From positions 9,114,001 through 9,178,000 of the forward strand of contig OZ234494.1 in assembly GCA_965153455.1 (NCBI GenBank): a stretch of DNA of 64,000 bases. Reading direction: 5' to 3'. The DNA is from Sphagnum compactum (lineage: Eukaryota). Below, in pieces: positions 25,140 through 37,600 of this stretch. The notes below the pieces were generated by a model. That model worked only from the letters and a program-made list of their open reading frames with translations. It did no database searches and was not told where the DNA came from. The translations under genes and the position numbers were made by a program. Position 1 is the stretch's first letter. Every line of letters begins with the position of its first letter.

Positions 25140-26550
25140 AGTTTTGTAAATCATTATTATAAGCTTGTCAAGATTATCAACCTCAAGATGACATCGTCAT
25201 AAGCTAGTGAATACACCTAAAATTGAAAAGATTCATTTTGTTTTGATTTGTGAACTTGGGATGTCAAGAATTTGTTTTGCCAAGAACCCCACATTTGGGA
25301 ATCTCAATTGATTACTAGCACTCCACTTCAATGGATTGAATCCATTTGCGTTTTCCACATTGAAACATAGAAAATTTAGTTTTAAGAAGACCTTCAGAAA
25401 CTTTTTATGATGATACAACTTACCTAGACAACCTTTGAAGGTGGTTGAGATAGTGCAGGAATTTAACATGTTGTAGATTGTCTTGGATTTAGAAAACCTA
25501 TAATAATGTTCAATAATGGTAGCAAAACTGGTTCATCATAATATTGCACCAACATAGTTCCTTGATCTTTGCCTATGTGATCCATGATGTAATCCATGCA
25601 TTTAAAGCATAGATCAAATATCAACGTGAACATCATATGAACTTTTTCCTAAAAGTAGTTTGCAAAACCTAGAAAAAGACACGTCATATTAGTAATTTTT
25701 TAAGCCATTTTGCTATACAAAATCTCTATCTCTTGATAAAATTCCTCACACTATAGTGGAGGAACAACAACAATTCAATGGGTATATTCTTTTTTCACCG
25801 TCCCCATGATTGCCAAAGTAACAAATAATGCATTTGATAAAACTCAGTGCCCTTTGCATTGTTTAATAAGCATTGGTGAACAACAAGGTTTAAAGTTTTA
25901 ATTACCATTCACACAATTGCCTATGTAAGACCACTGGGAATTTTAACTTGTAATGATGAACTCTATCACGTGCAGAAGATGTTGATTGCATTAACATATT
26001 CCAAGGTTTCTTGGAACAAAATGACATTTGAAATGAAATGAGTTTTCACAAGGGTTTTTAATTTCTTGTGTTTCATGCTAACCTCATTGCAAGCCTTCTA
26101 CCACTCAATTTTGCCCTTCCTAGACTTCTTGGTTTAAGTGATTGTTTTTAAAGTGCAACTTGGGCGTCTTTCAAACTAACTTCCTTTGTGCATTCAGTAA
26201 TTTTAATCTTGTTGGTAACATATTGACATGCTTTTGACATAACATGACCAAAAACAAAAGTTATCAAATAGTTGAAGTAACTATAATGGTTCACAAGACA
26301 CAATAGAAGTGAAGGCAATGTAGATTAACTCCTTCATCTATAACTTAGGCTATAACTTTTTTTGGTAGGTTGAACTTTACCAACATAACCTTCATTTGTT
26401 TTGCAAGAGTTGCACTAAAAGATTAGGTGTTTCAAACAATCCAACTATTATATAACTAAGAACCAAGTTTTGTTTAATGAAATTGATAATCAAAACGAAG
26501 GTGTTATCTAGACGTCAAAAGTTGTTGTCACAATTGCACACTGACTAATG
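25140..26550 (-). mobile_element. Decayed hAT-family transposase remnant
   Basis: Minus strand NPLKW...RFPNVGFLAKQILDIPSSQIKTK followed by GVFTSL..C.L..NLDKL resembles the hAT C-terminal dimerisation domain; upstream KTIT*TKKSRKGKIEW near 26100-26150; many stops. Confidence 0.7.
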
Positions 26551-28652
26551 GCAAAAAACACATACCTCCATGATTTTTTGTAATAGAGTACTAAGAATAT
26601 ATGCTCACGAACAAATTTTCAAAATGAACATTGTATTTGACTATAGAAATGGAGCATTATTTGTTTCAACCAAGGGTTTTCCACAACAAATATGGACATA
26701 TAACTTTTTGTAATCATCAACATAAGATGTGTCTTTCCCCCTTTTTTTCTTCTTCTTCTTTTGCCTCTTTATGTGTGTGAAGGAGGAGGAACTTTATAAT
26801 AATAAGAGCTTGTTGGGTTGCATAATGTTTTTTAATGCTGACAGGCCATGAAAGAAGAAGAGCTCAACAACATTGAAGGTTGTCACCTTGTAAAAGTGTG
26901 AACTGTGAGTGTGTGGATTAATTAAAATTTTAATTAAATTTTTATTTTAAAATTATTTATTTATGTTATTTTGGGTTTTTTTGTTTTGTCTTATTTTGTT
27001 GAATTTTTGTTTTTATTATGTTTCTCCACCTCCTCTTTTGTTTCTATTGTCCTTAGCTATAAACCCTAAACTAGATAATTAAAATTTACACTTTATTTAT
27101 ATGCATTGTGCTTAGAATTGTGATGGGTATTTTTTTTATTTGCTTTGTTTTTGTTATAGTTGTTGAATTTGTTGGTTGTTATTAAATTGATTAAAATGGC
27201 ACCTAACACAAAGTTAGAAAATACTCAACCTCCACCAATCATGGATGAGATGGTTTTGATGACAGTTGATGGACTAGTGCATGGTGCAACACAAATGAAT
27301 TAGTGGCATCTATGTTAGAGGATCAAGTTAAATCAAATGTTGGGTGATGGAAATTTTTGTTTAATTTGAACATTATAGAGATAAACAATTACAATTAAGC
27401 ATTATATTTGTTCTTCCTCAAGGTGATCAATTTAACAATTTTCTTTTCAAACCTTCCTCACCTTCCCAAGAAGGTTGGTGGATGTTTTTTTTTTCAAAAT
27501 TTTTGGTGTAATATCTCAATTTTTTGGGATTTTAATTTAATATTTGAATTAGTAGTACCCATGCTTCATACACCCATGTTTGTAACCACTAGTGTGTAGG
27601 ATCACTTTCATTTTAATCCTCCCAACCTTCATCATTGTGTGTAATACTTTCATCATGTTGAACATTGTTTTCATTTCAATATGAAGGTCTAGTGTACAGG
27701 CAATACCCTCTTTATTATCCACCCATAGTTTAATAATTTTGTGCCATACCTTTATCATGTTGACATTGATTCTATTTCCAAACCCAAGGGTCTAGAGTGC
27801 AAAGAATACCCTTGTCGTGTTGACCATAGTGTTAAACAACATAAATAATTATATGAACATAATTTTTATAAATTTAATTCACGTTGTTTAAAGTACAACA
27901 TCAAATTGTTAAATTTAAACCTAGTTGCTTAATTAAACTGAGTACAACATGTAATGCACCAAAATTGATACCTTCATCATAGTGAAAACATTATTTGACA
28001 ACTTAATGCAATGCCCTAATGAGAATATTTCATATGATCTTGATTTTTATAACTTCGTGCACTATCCTCAAAACATTTTAAAACATATTTTTCAAGCTAA
28101 TGCATATTTGCAATATGGGTGATGAAAAATATTTAATCATGTCTTTTAAATATTGCTTGAGTGAACAAGTCCAAGCTCTATGCAATACCTTCAATTTATT
28201 TTATTTTTCATCAATTTCAATAGTTGCGAGATCTAATGGGGTGGCAGCCATGTAGTTAGGTGCAACCAAGTAGGTGAGATTTGGTAGGTACCTACCTAAG
28301 GGGCTAGTATGTAAGAAGGTGAAAGGGCATGCATGTAAGTATATGGGTGGGTAGGTAAGTAAATAGATGGGTGGGAGGGGGAGGTAGGAGGGAGAGAGTC
28401 TATTTTAAATTTGGATGTGTAGGTAAGTAGGTAGGGAAGGGTGAGTGGGATGGGTAGGTGAGAGTAGGTGGGTGTGGAGAAGGTTTCAAAAGAAAATTAA
28501 AAAACTGGATGGGGGCGGAGAGAAAACAAAGTTCCAAAACAAAAACTGAGATAAGGGCTGAGAAAGGGAAAGAAAATAGAGTCGGCTTGCCAAACCACCT
28601 TATTTAGCACAGGGACAGAAAAAAAAATCATATCAGTGGCACCATCCGTCCA

Positions 28653-28688
28653 GGATGGTGCACTGGTGGGTGCTGGTTCACTTTGGCC
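28653..28688. mobile_element. Solo TIR of the same MITE family
   Basis: ATGGTGCACTGGTGGGTGCTGGTTCACTTTGGCC matches the TIR at 51701-51734. Confidence 0.65.
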
Positions 28689-29939
28689 ATTATGAAACAG
28701 TTTTATGTTGGGTTCCCGTTCCGATGATTGCACAAATGTAATGTTCAAGATATCACAATAAGGTATCTATCTTAGTGATGAAACCCCAGTAAACTTTATT
28801 AAACAAAACACCCAGCCAAGGGGAAAATGAAGGACAAAGAGAGAGGACCAAGTCCGAGCCAAAAACACACACATCTAAAGGGGGCAGAAGGGGGAGTGCA
28901 TCTGGTGTGAACAAATGGTGCCATTATCTTTGCTCATATAATAGGTGCCTGTTCATGCATCTAGCAAAGGAAATCACCTTTTTCTCACATTCTTTTCATG
29001 TGGTATGGGCTTAACAATATTATACATATGTAAAATGTCTTCCACCTATTTATTTTCTAGTTGCTTGTCGTCTTGTTCCAAATGGTCTGGCTTAAAGTCA
29101 ATGAATAATGTCTTCAAACTAATATTGGAATGGCAAATTGCTTTTTGGAATAATCTTACCTTCTAGGTCTAGATTCTTCACCAAGTTTTCCAAATCAGAA
29201 AGTTGGGAGGTCCATGTGCCATATATCTCATATGGTCAGACTCCATTAGGCAACATTTCAACATCAATATAGCCTAAAGGTTTCATCTTGTAAGTACATC
29301 ACGAACAAACAAGCGCATATGATGATGGGAAAAGAAAACATTGATACAAGAGATGACTGAAACTTAGCTGTGGGAAAGAAACACACCATGACCAACATTG
29401 CTTTGAAATGTTGTCAATTCATCACTTTTCAACTAACAACTTTTTCCATCCATATCGTAGTTGTAGTTATGGTAGTTGTTTCCCACAATTTTGGAAGATG
29501 TTCCCACCACATAAAGCTGATGGCCATCTGGCCCTTTCTTGCAAACCTTCCTCTTTTATATAAACTGCCCCACCAAGAATTATATAATTCATGAAAGACC
29601 TAGGGGGACATCCTAAAAGCTCAAGTTGGGGTTGATTTGCACCATAGTCATCTCCTCTCCTCAGATGGCAATAGAAGTTTTGAAGAGACACCATCAAGTA
29701 TTTGCATCTTGTCTATTACCCATTGCTGCACATGCAATTTCTTCCAAAGGCCTTGATGTAAGATGGGTGTCTCAAGGGGACACTATTGGCAATGCCTCAA
29801 CAAAAGCTAAAAGTCTCCAAGCTTTTGTGTGCCGGCTAGATTCTTCCAAAAATGTTTGAAACGAAGAAATTTCATTCTGGATGCATGTCAGTTTTTAAAA
29901 GACTGCAAGGTAAGATCGCCATGATTTAGGTTGGTTGCT

Positions 29940-30182
29940 TTCATTACTAGTTGTACCAACCAGGTAGGTAGTAAAACCAGCCATTACCTCCTAGGTAAAA
30001 ACTAATTACTTATTTACGGGTCACCTACTTTCCTACCTATCTAGATCTATATATAGGACCTATGACTTCTTACAGGATGAGTTACCAAGGTGAAACCGGA
30101 TATTAACTCAGTTGAGGTTCAATCCACAACGGAGTCATAATGGGCATGCAGTGAATGGTGCATTGGTCGGTGCACTATGGCC
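29940..30182 (-). mobile_element. Partial inverted copy of the same MITE family
   Basis: TTAACTCAGTTGAGGTTCAATCCACAAC..ATGGTGCATTGG..GGCC is the reverse complement of the 51380-51470 segment. Confidence 0.65.
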
Positions 30183-31079
30183 TCCAAGGTCAGGGCACCT
30201 TTAGACAACACCCATGGGACGATTCTTTTTATTAAAAAAATTTAATTGTTTTTCTTCACCCCCAGGATGCATCCTCACTTCACTCCCCCTAATTTCATCA
30301 CCCTTCATGTGATCTCCCATGTAGTTTTAAGACAAATAAAAATCCAATCAGTGCTGTGGGAGGGTGCTGGCTAACATTTCAAGACATTTGGGGCATAGCT
30401 TGGAAAATTAGATCCTAGCATCTAAACCTTAAACCCTAAACCATTTCCGGTGTGGTCTGGTATAGATCGAGCATAGATCTATAAGGTTGATGATGATTAT
30501 AGGTTCGTATGAACATTTCAAAACATTTTCACCTTAGTCTAGAATAGATATGTATTGCTAGATCTAGGATTGATGACGATCTAGTATCATAATGACCTTG
30601 CTGGGAGTTCACAGTGTATTAGGAGGGTGCCTTAAATTCGCATAAAGATCCCCTCTTGACAGAAGAGGTCATCTTACTACCATTCTGGGCAGGCTCTTAC
30701 AGTTTAGTAAGCGCCCACGTGGGAAGGCCCTTGGAAGGGAGCGTTACCAGAGTACGGCCCTGCCCTTGACTCATGCGGCCTCAAGCTGGCGGGGCCTTTT
30801 GCTGGCAATGCCCGGGAACAATGCCCCAGTCAGCTGGCCTTGCCTATCAAATAACATTTCAGACTGATCCCCGTCTACGGATTCTAGTCTCTCGGCCGCG
30901 ATGCCATATTACGTCTACACTGAATGCTAGGAAACTCCGGCTAGTACGATTGACTTTGGTGCCCGCTCACATAACACCCAAATCCAAAAACAGTGATCAG
31001 TGCCAGCTACGCGGGCAACGCGTCTGATGCAGTCCATCATTTTCTACAGCATCCAGAGCACCAGCCGGAGCAGCTCTTC

Positions 31080-31081
<2 letters not shown>

Positions 31082-31113
<32 letters not shown>

Positions 31114-31142
31114 TATTATCATTATGTTGTTGTTGTTGTTGT
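31082..31142. repeat. (ATT)n/(GTT)n compound microsatellite
   Basis: TTATTATTA... followed by GTTGTTGTT... Confidence 0.9.
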
Positions 31143-31623
31143 AGCAGCGCCGACTATCTATCACAGCTAGAAAACTTTATATTATTTCATTGACTTTGAT
31201 GAGTTTGTAGCTTGTACCCAACAGCTGCTGCAGATTTTCCTTTCTTGGATTTGTCTTCTTTTTTTTTGCATCAAGACTCAGCTAATATTGAACTAGAGCA
31301 TAAGGATTCCACTTGCAACTCGTGTGGATCGATCGATATATAGCTTGATTGAATCGGCGGCAGCAACTGGATGGGGGTGCTATATGCTATATACATATAA
31401 TATTTGGAGAAGGATCTCAGCAGCAGGGACTGCAAGTGCGGAATCTACTGGTGTAGTAGTGAGGATCCGATTAAACCGATCAAAGTGGAGAAGGAAATCA
31501 GATAAGCTGCGAGCTTGCAGGAGATTGATGAATCACGTAACTTGCTATAACTTCAGTTTACCAATACGAGGTAGCTGAAAGTCTAGCTCATTTGCAGCTG
31601 CTGTCGACAGTTGTGGGAGGAAG

Positions 31624-34600
31624 ATGCATTTCGAGAAACTGCAAGTGTATGTAGAGGGTGCACTTGGTATAAAAAATCCCAACATTAGTCCAGGTGCCGC
31701 CTCCTCTCTCTCTCTCTCTCTCAAGATTTGTGTCTTTCATTCTTTCTTTCATTCTTTCTTTCTGTGACTAGTATTTCTTCCGCTGTTTTTCAATGTGTAC
31801 CAAAATAGGATGCAATGCAAATACTCCTTTCAGAACAAATTGTCGGCGAGAAAAAAACCTATTGTGCCCACACTCCTCCTCCTGCTGTCAAGGGCTTTGA
31901 TCAGTTGGTAGTCGAAGGCTTCTAGGTAGTTTTTCCCCACACCACCTCAAACACTAGTGCATCTCTGTAGAATCATCGACCATGGGTGGATGGGTGCCGC
32001 TGCTTCTGATGCAGGAGGTGCAGACAAGGCTGCAGGAACTTTTTACTGTGTGTTGACATGTGGTGCACTAGAGTGCAAAACTCTAACCTCCCAAGGTACC
32101 AGTCTTTAATCAACACCAGATTTCTGATCTTCTCTTCTGCACTTCTTAATTTCTTTTCTCAAGGCTAGATTTTTGCTGCCCCAGGTGCTGAGCACTGCAA
32201 CTAAAGTAATATATATATATATATTAAGTCTAGTAGTCTATCATCAATGCCTAAGCAAATTATTATTAACAAAGATTTTGTTTTAATGTTCCCAAAGCAA
32301 AACAAAATAGGGGGAAATTTTTTTAAGATGTTTCGCACAAGATGAAAAGGATCTGGTCCTTCTTACTGTAGTTTTTTATTTATTTTATATTTTGATCTTC
32401 ATAAAAAATAATAAATCAAAAGCTGTTAATTATTGGAGAAAGACTATATTTTAAACCAGTATGACTTTAACTTTTATCATAATCATTCATAAATGTGTTT
32501 TTACATAATAAAAAAAGACAAAATTTTATAAAAATAATTAAATGACGCAGTGACAAAATTTTGGTACACTTAAAAATTAATTGGACCCAATAAATTAAAT
32601 TAAATTATTTTGATTTTTTTCCAAAGAGGGAAACATGATCTCTAGTTTACTATGGTATTACATTTTGTGGCCTATTTTTTTTCCATGTCGAAGCAAATTA
32701 AACCTTTTTTGGGCATTTTGACAATTTAAAGTTGAATTAACAAAACATAGCAAAAGCTCTCCAAGGGAATTGTGGGAACAATATTTTAATTCAATGTTTT
32801 ATTGTAATTTTCCACATTGTGAAAGGGTTTATGGTACAGTTTTGGTGATTGATAAAATATGTAAAATTATTTCAGTATGAAATAAACATCTAAATAACTA
32901 TTTTTTCATTTGACTTTTTGTATTTTATATAAATTTTCAATCTATTATTTTCTAAATGTTTATGGATTTTATGTCCAAAGTAATAAACAAATACATAATT
33001 ATTTTGAATTGATGTCATGAGTTTTGTGAAGACGGAAATGAAGTCATATATGTGTGTGTATGTGTGTGTGTGACTGGTCTTAGACTTTGTGAGTCCATGT
33101 TTATTCACCACACAATGGTGATGATTGTCTTACATTGTGTGCTAGTGATATTCATAAGGTTAATACAAGTTCCTGCATATTTATTCTCCATATGTTGAGT
33201 GTTTTTTAATCAAAAAAAAACTCCTCAAGTAAGTCCACTGGCAAGGACCCCCAACATTAATTGGTATTGAAAAGTAAGTGTCCTAAGTTGGCTATAGCAT
33301 TTTTCTCCTACAAGTGGTGGCCTAGGAACAGGGTTTGTTTTTTTTCTGTTTTGTGATGTAGCAATCATTCATAAGATGATATAGTCAGATTTGGTTACAG
33401 ATTACATATGCAAGTAGAAAAAAAAACAGAATCCTTCTATATTCTTAGCTACCTGCTGAAACTTATCATAAAAATATGGTGATTCGAATTTATCTTTTTC
33501 CAAAATCTGGCAAATTTGGGCCCTTTTTTTTATACTGGAAAATCCTTGGAACATGTCGAAATAATATTTTTCAGGTCAAAATTTGTCGAAATTTTGCCAA
33601 AATAAATACACACTGCCTAGGAAGTGCCTAGATCTAGATGTGCCTAATTTAATCCAAATTTTCTTCTTCTTTTTTCATTTTCTGAAAAAAAAAGAAAATA
33701 AGCTGCGAAGTTGTGAAATTTTGCCACAAATTTTTTGAATAGGTTTGATTTTGTTGAAACAGATTGAATGGAAACTACCTCAATTTTTTTCTTTGCAATC
33801 CCATAGATTTGAGTTTTTGGAGTGGATGTTCTACATCCAAATAGTAATCAGTGGTGTGCTTAATAAAGGAAATGTTTGGAGTGCAGGAAGCCCTAAGGTC
33901 ATTTATCCTTTATGAAGGCTTACCTATACTAAACAAGAGAGATACTTGCAGCCTCAATGATGAAAGTATCAAGAAATTCAAGGTTCTTTTTTTATTAGCT
34001 ATGTCTCTTGAGTGCAAGCCAGCATCATCACTAAGCATTCCCCTCTAAAAACTTACAATAAAGACTCAGGATGCAAAACATTTCTGTAATTAATTGCCTG
34101 AGATTTTTGGTAGAGATTTTTTTTAATTTTTGGAGTTTTTGGGAGACTTTGATTAAGTTAGAGCTAGTGTGGTGGCTATTTGTGTCTGCTATTTGTGATG
34201 AAGGTTATGCCAGTCTGACACTCATATGGTTTTTGACTGCACTCATTCTTCTTGCCCATTAGCCTAGTTTTGATTAATTCTGGAGTTGGTTATAGGAAGG
34301 AACTGTTTGGTTCCAAGTAGTACATGAAATTGGGAATTTGAATGATGGAAGAAGTGAATATAATATTGAGTTGGAATTGACAATCTGAATGATGGACTAA
34401 TTGTTGGAAATATAAATAATTAATATGGCATTGAGAATCTGAATGATGGAAGTTGTGAATCTAGAATGAATATGGAATTGAGAATCTGGAGGAAATTTTC
34501 TGATCAGTTTCCAGGAACTTTGCAGCTATGCTGCTGAAGAGATCAGCATGCTGATATTCTAGGTTTGGGATTAGCTCGTAGCTTTAAGTAAAGAGATATA

Positions 34601-37600
34601 TGCCAAGCAGGTTTGGAATATAGTTAGATCTCCAACTTGCATCAGACCTGGTCATAAGATTGAATTGGACAAACTGATCCCAAGCTCTTATAATGCCCAC
34701 TTGATGCAAACTCACACGAGGGACCCATGATAGCTAACAGTTTAAGGATTGATCAGCTCTTTTAACCATATGCAGTATTGCAGTTACAGACATTGGAGAG
34801 ATTGACATGATACCAGCTCATAGGGCTTTGAACACTAATTTTGTTATGCAGATGACGAGGACTTCAATCCTTGCTGGAACACAACCTTCACATTCAAAGT
34901 TGACAGAAAGTCCCCTGGAAAGCTTGGTGTGAATATCTTCTGCCAGAATATGCTCAATGAAGCTGCAGACGATTTTTTGGTGGCCTACACTAGGTAAATT
35001 TATAATATAAATCTTCACTGCAACCAGAAATTTAATTACATCCTGTGTAGCCACAGATCAGCAGCTGCATTGATCAGCTTCAAGGTATGAGATTTCTATA
35101 CATAAAATTAGATTGCTCTAATGCTCAGTTCCAAAGAAAGGAATTCATCCTGGCAGTCATAATTTTCTTAATACACAAGTTCTTCAATATTGAAACTTGG
35201 CAGATTCTAGTCTTCAAGCCAGGTTCTCTGTTAGTGCTTGCTAGGGTTTCAAATTCTTTAAGCTGGAGTATCAAAAATGTGTTGCAACATTTAGGGTTTA
35301 GGGTTTATTAGTCCTGTTTCACCAAACACACATGAGGATTTGGAACCGGCCTAGGGTTTATTGAATTGATGTAGCTAGTTGTTTTGTGTTTTGGGGCTTT
35401 GTGGTCACTGCAGTTTATCATTCAAGAGATTGTTCCATGACAGCCCTGTTGTGCCAATTCAAGGTTTTGATGTGCTGCATCCATCTAGCAATGATGGAGC
35501 TGCAGCTGGCCAGATCAAAATGGGTTTCAAAATCTTCAGCAGAACCATGGGTAGTGATCATCTGCATCCGCAGGTGCGAGTCTTTCATAAGTCCTTGAAT
35601 CAAATTAGTGTTTATAATTCAAAGACCAGCAAGGCATAACTAATAATAAGCTGCTGCAATTCTTCTTCTCTGATCTAGATTCTTCTCTGTTCGAAGTACA
35701 GGTCAGATCAGATCCGATCAACAGATCAGATCCGATCCCTCTTCTGCAGCATTGATGCATTTTATTTTATTTTTGTGTTGTACATAATTGGTGGCATATG
35801 TACTTTGATTCAGAAGCCAGCTCCACTGCAGATTCAGGATTCAGATGAACAATTATACTTCCCAGGGGATTCAAGTGTGATCAAAGCTGTTGCTCGTGCA
35901 TCTTCAGCTGGTCCAAATCATCACGAATATCATGGGGACCAATCTAGTAGAGTAACATCGTGTTCTACTGGTCCTATTTCGAGGCGTCCAGCTTCCAGTG
36001 GACAACATTATGACATTCCGCGTGCCTCAAGAAATTCTCAAGCACCCTCAAGGCCGAAACAGTTTCACCCAGACTTGCAAGCAGCAGCTCCTCCACAAGC
36101 TGATGATCAGCTTACTGCAAGAAAATCACAAGCAAGCTCGGTGCCATATGGTCGACTTCATGAAGCTGATCGTAATTGTCCTCCAAACCTCGATCATCTA
36201 CAATACGGATCTACCAATTTCGCTTATAGCTCTGATGAATCCTGCAAGAAATCCGAATCTGCTTCTTATATATCTGCAGCACGTTCCAGCAGCAGCAAAT
36301 CAAAAGTTAGAAACGCATACAAGCAAGAACAAGATCAGGATCTCAATACCGACGAGCAGCAGCTGGAGGAACAGATCTGTGGACGAGAGGAGCAGGAGGA
36401 GAATGCAGATCAGGTCGAGGAGTACAAGAGGGAAGTTAAGAGTTATATTTATATTGCAGGTGACGCTTCTTCTAGGGTTGAGAGCAGCTGCAGCGGCGCC
36501 AGCCTCAAGCTGCTGGTTCCACAGGCAGGAAGAAAGACCAGATCTAGAGCTCAACATGGAGGAGAGTATCTGCAAGATCCTTCTGCCCAAGCTGGTACTT
36601 GTCCTCCCAAGAACTACAAGGTTCCTCCTCATGATGACTATGAACTTCCGTCGCCACAATCAGCTTCTAATTTGCAGGCGGCAGAATTAGTTTCTTCCGA
36701 CCAGCTGCAAGAAGCTGAAGATTTCAGCTACCAATATCATCAGGCCTCGTGCAGCCACTCTGTCTGGAAGAAAAAAGACATCCACAGGTGGTTGGAAAAC
36801 TCTGCTAGTATCATTGATGATCATTCACCACCTCCTGGTTATACTCATGCGAGCAGCACATCAGCAGAACACATAGCATCTCATCCAGCTACTCAAGCTC
36901 TGCATCAGCTTCATGAGAGACCCCAACCTGGTCGCAAACTAGCGCCTCCCGGAGTACCTGTACTGCGAAGACCAGCTGTAGCACCCGTCCATCAACAAGC
37001 TCATAACCAAATTCATGCTAGACATGAGTTCAATCCACAGTCTCCAAACCAACGGGGTGCTCCTGTGCTTGATCATGCTAATAGATCAGAAGACTTAGCA
37101 TCACATCCAGCTACTCGAGTTCATCATCATGATCGTGGGCCGAGACATGTTCCTCACAACCGTAGTCCTCTTCAGAACGCTCCTCGTCCTCGACCAGGGC
37201 CTGAACAAACTAGACCTGTGCAGGTCGCATGCAGTCTGCCAACGATGTCGAGGCAGCAGCCTCAATCCAAATATGTGCAACAACACCCTGCGGCTTCATA
37301 TTCTGATCATTACAGACAATATGATGCGCAGCTAAAGATTGCAGCTCATGGGTCGTCAAGGCAACAAGCTCTCGTTGTTGGGATACCCGTGCAGCAGGCG
37401 CAAGCTGTGATGATGATGCAGGAAGATCTGCAACAACGACCTCAGCAGCTGCTGCCATCGCAGAAACTGAAGAACGGATTAAATTCGTTCGTGAAAGGAG
37501 CAACAAAAGTAGGCAAAGTTTCATTGCCTTACGTTGCTCAAGCAGCTCGCGTTGCAACGATGTTGGCACTTGCAGCTACCGGCGTACCACCCAACCTGCT

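Noticed and set aside
35775-35813. Start of the 946-aa ORF as a true N-terminus
   Set aside because: It begins at a non-ATG codon inside intron 4; the acceptor is ttcag| at 35813 and upstream exons supply the C2 domain.
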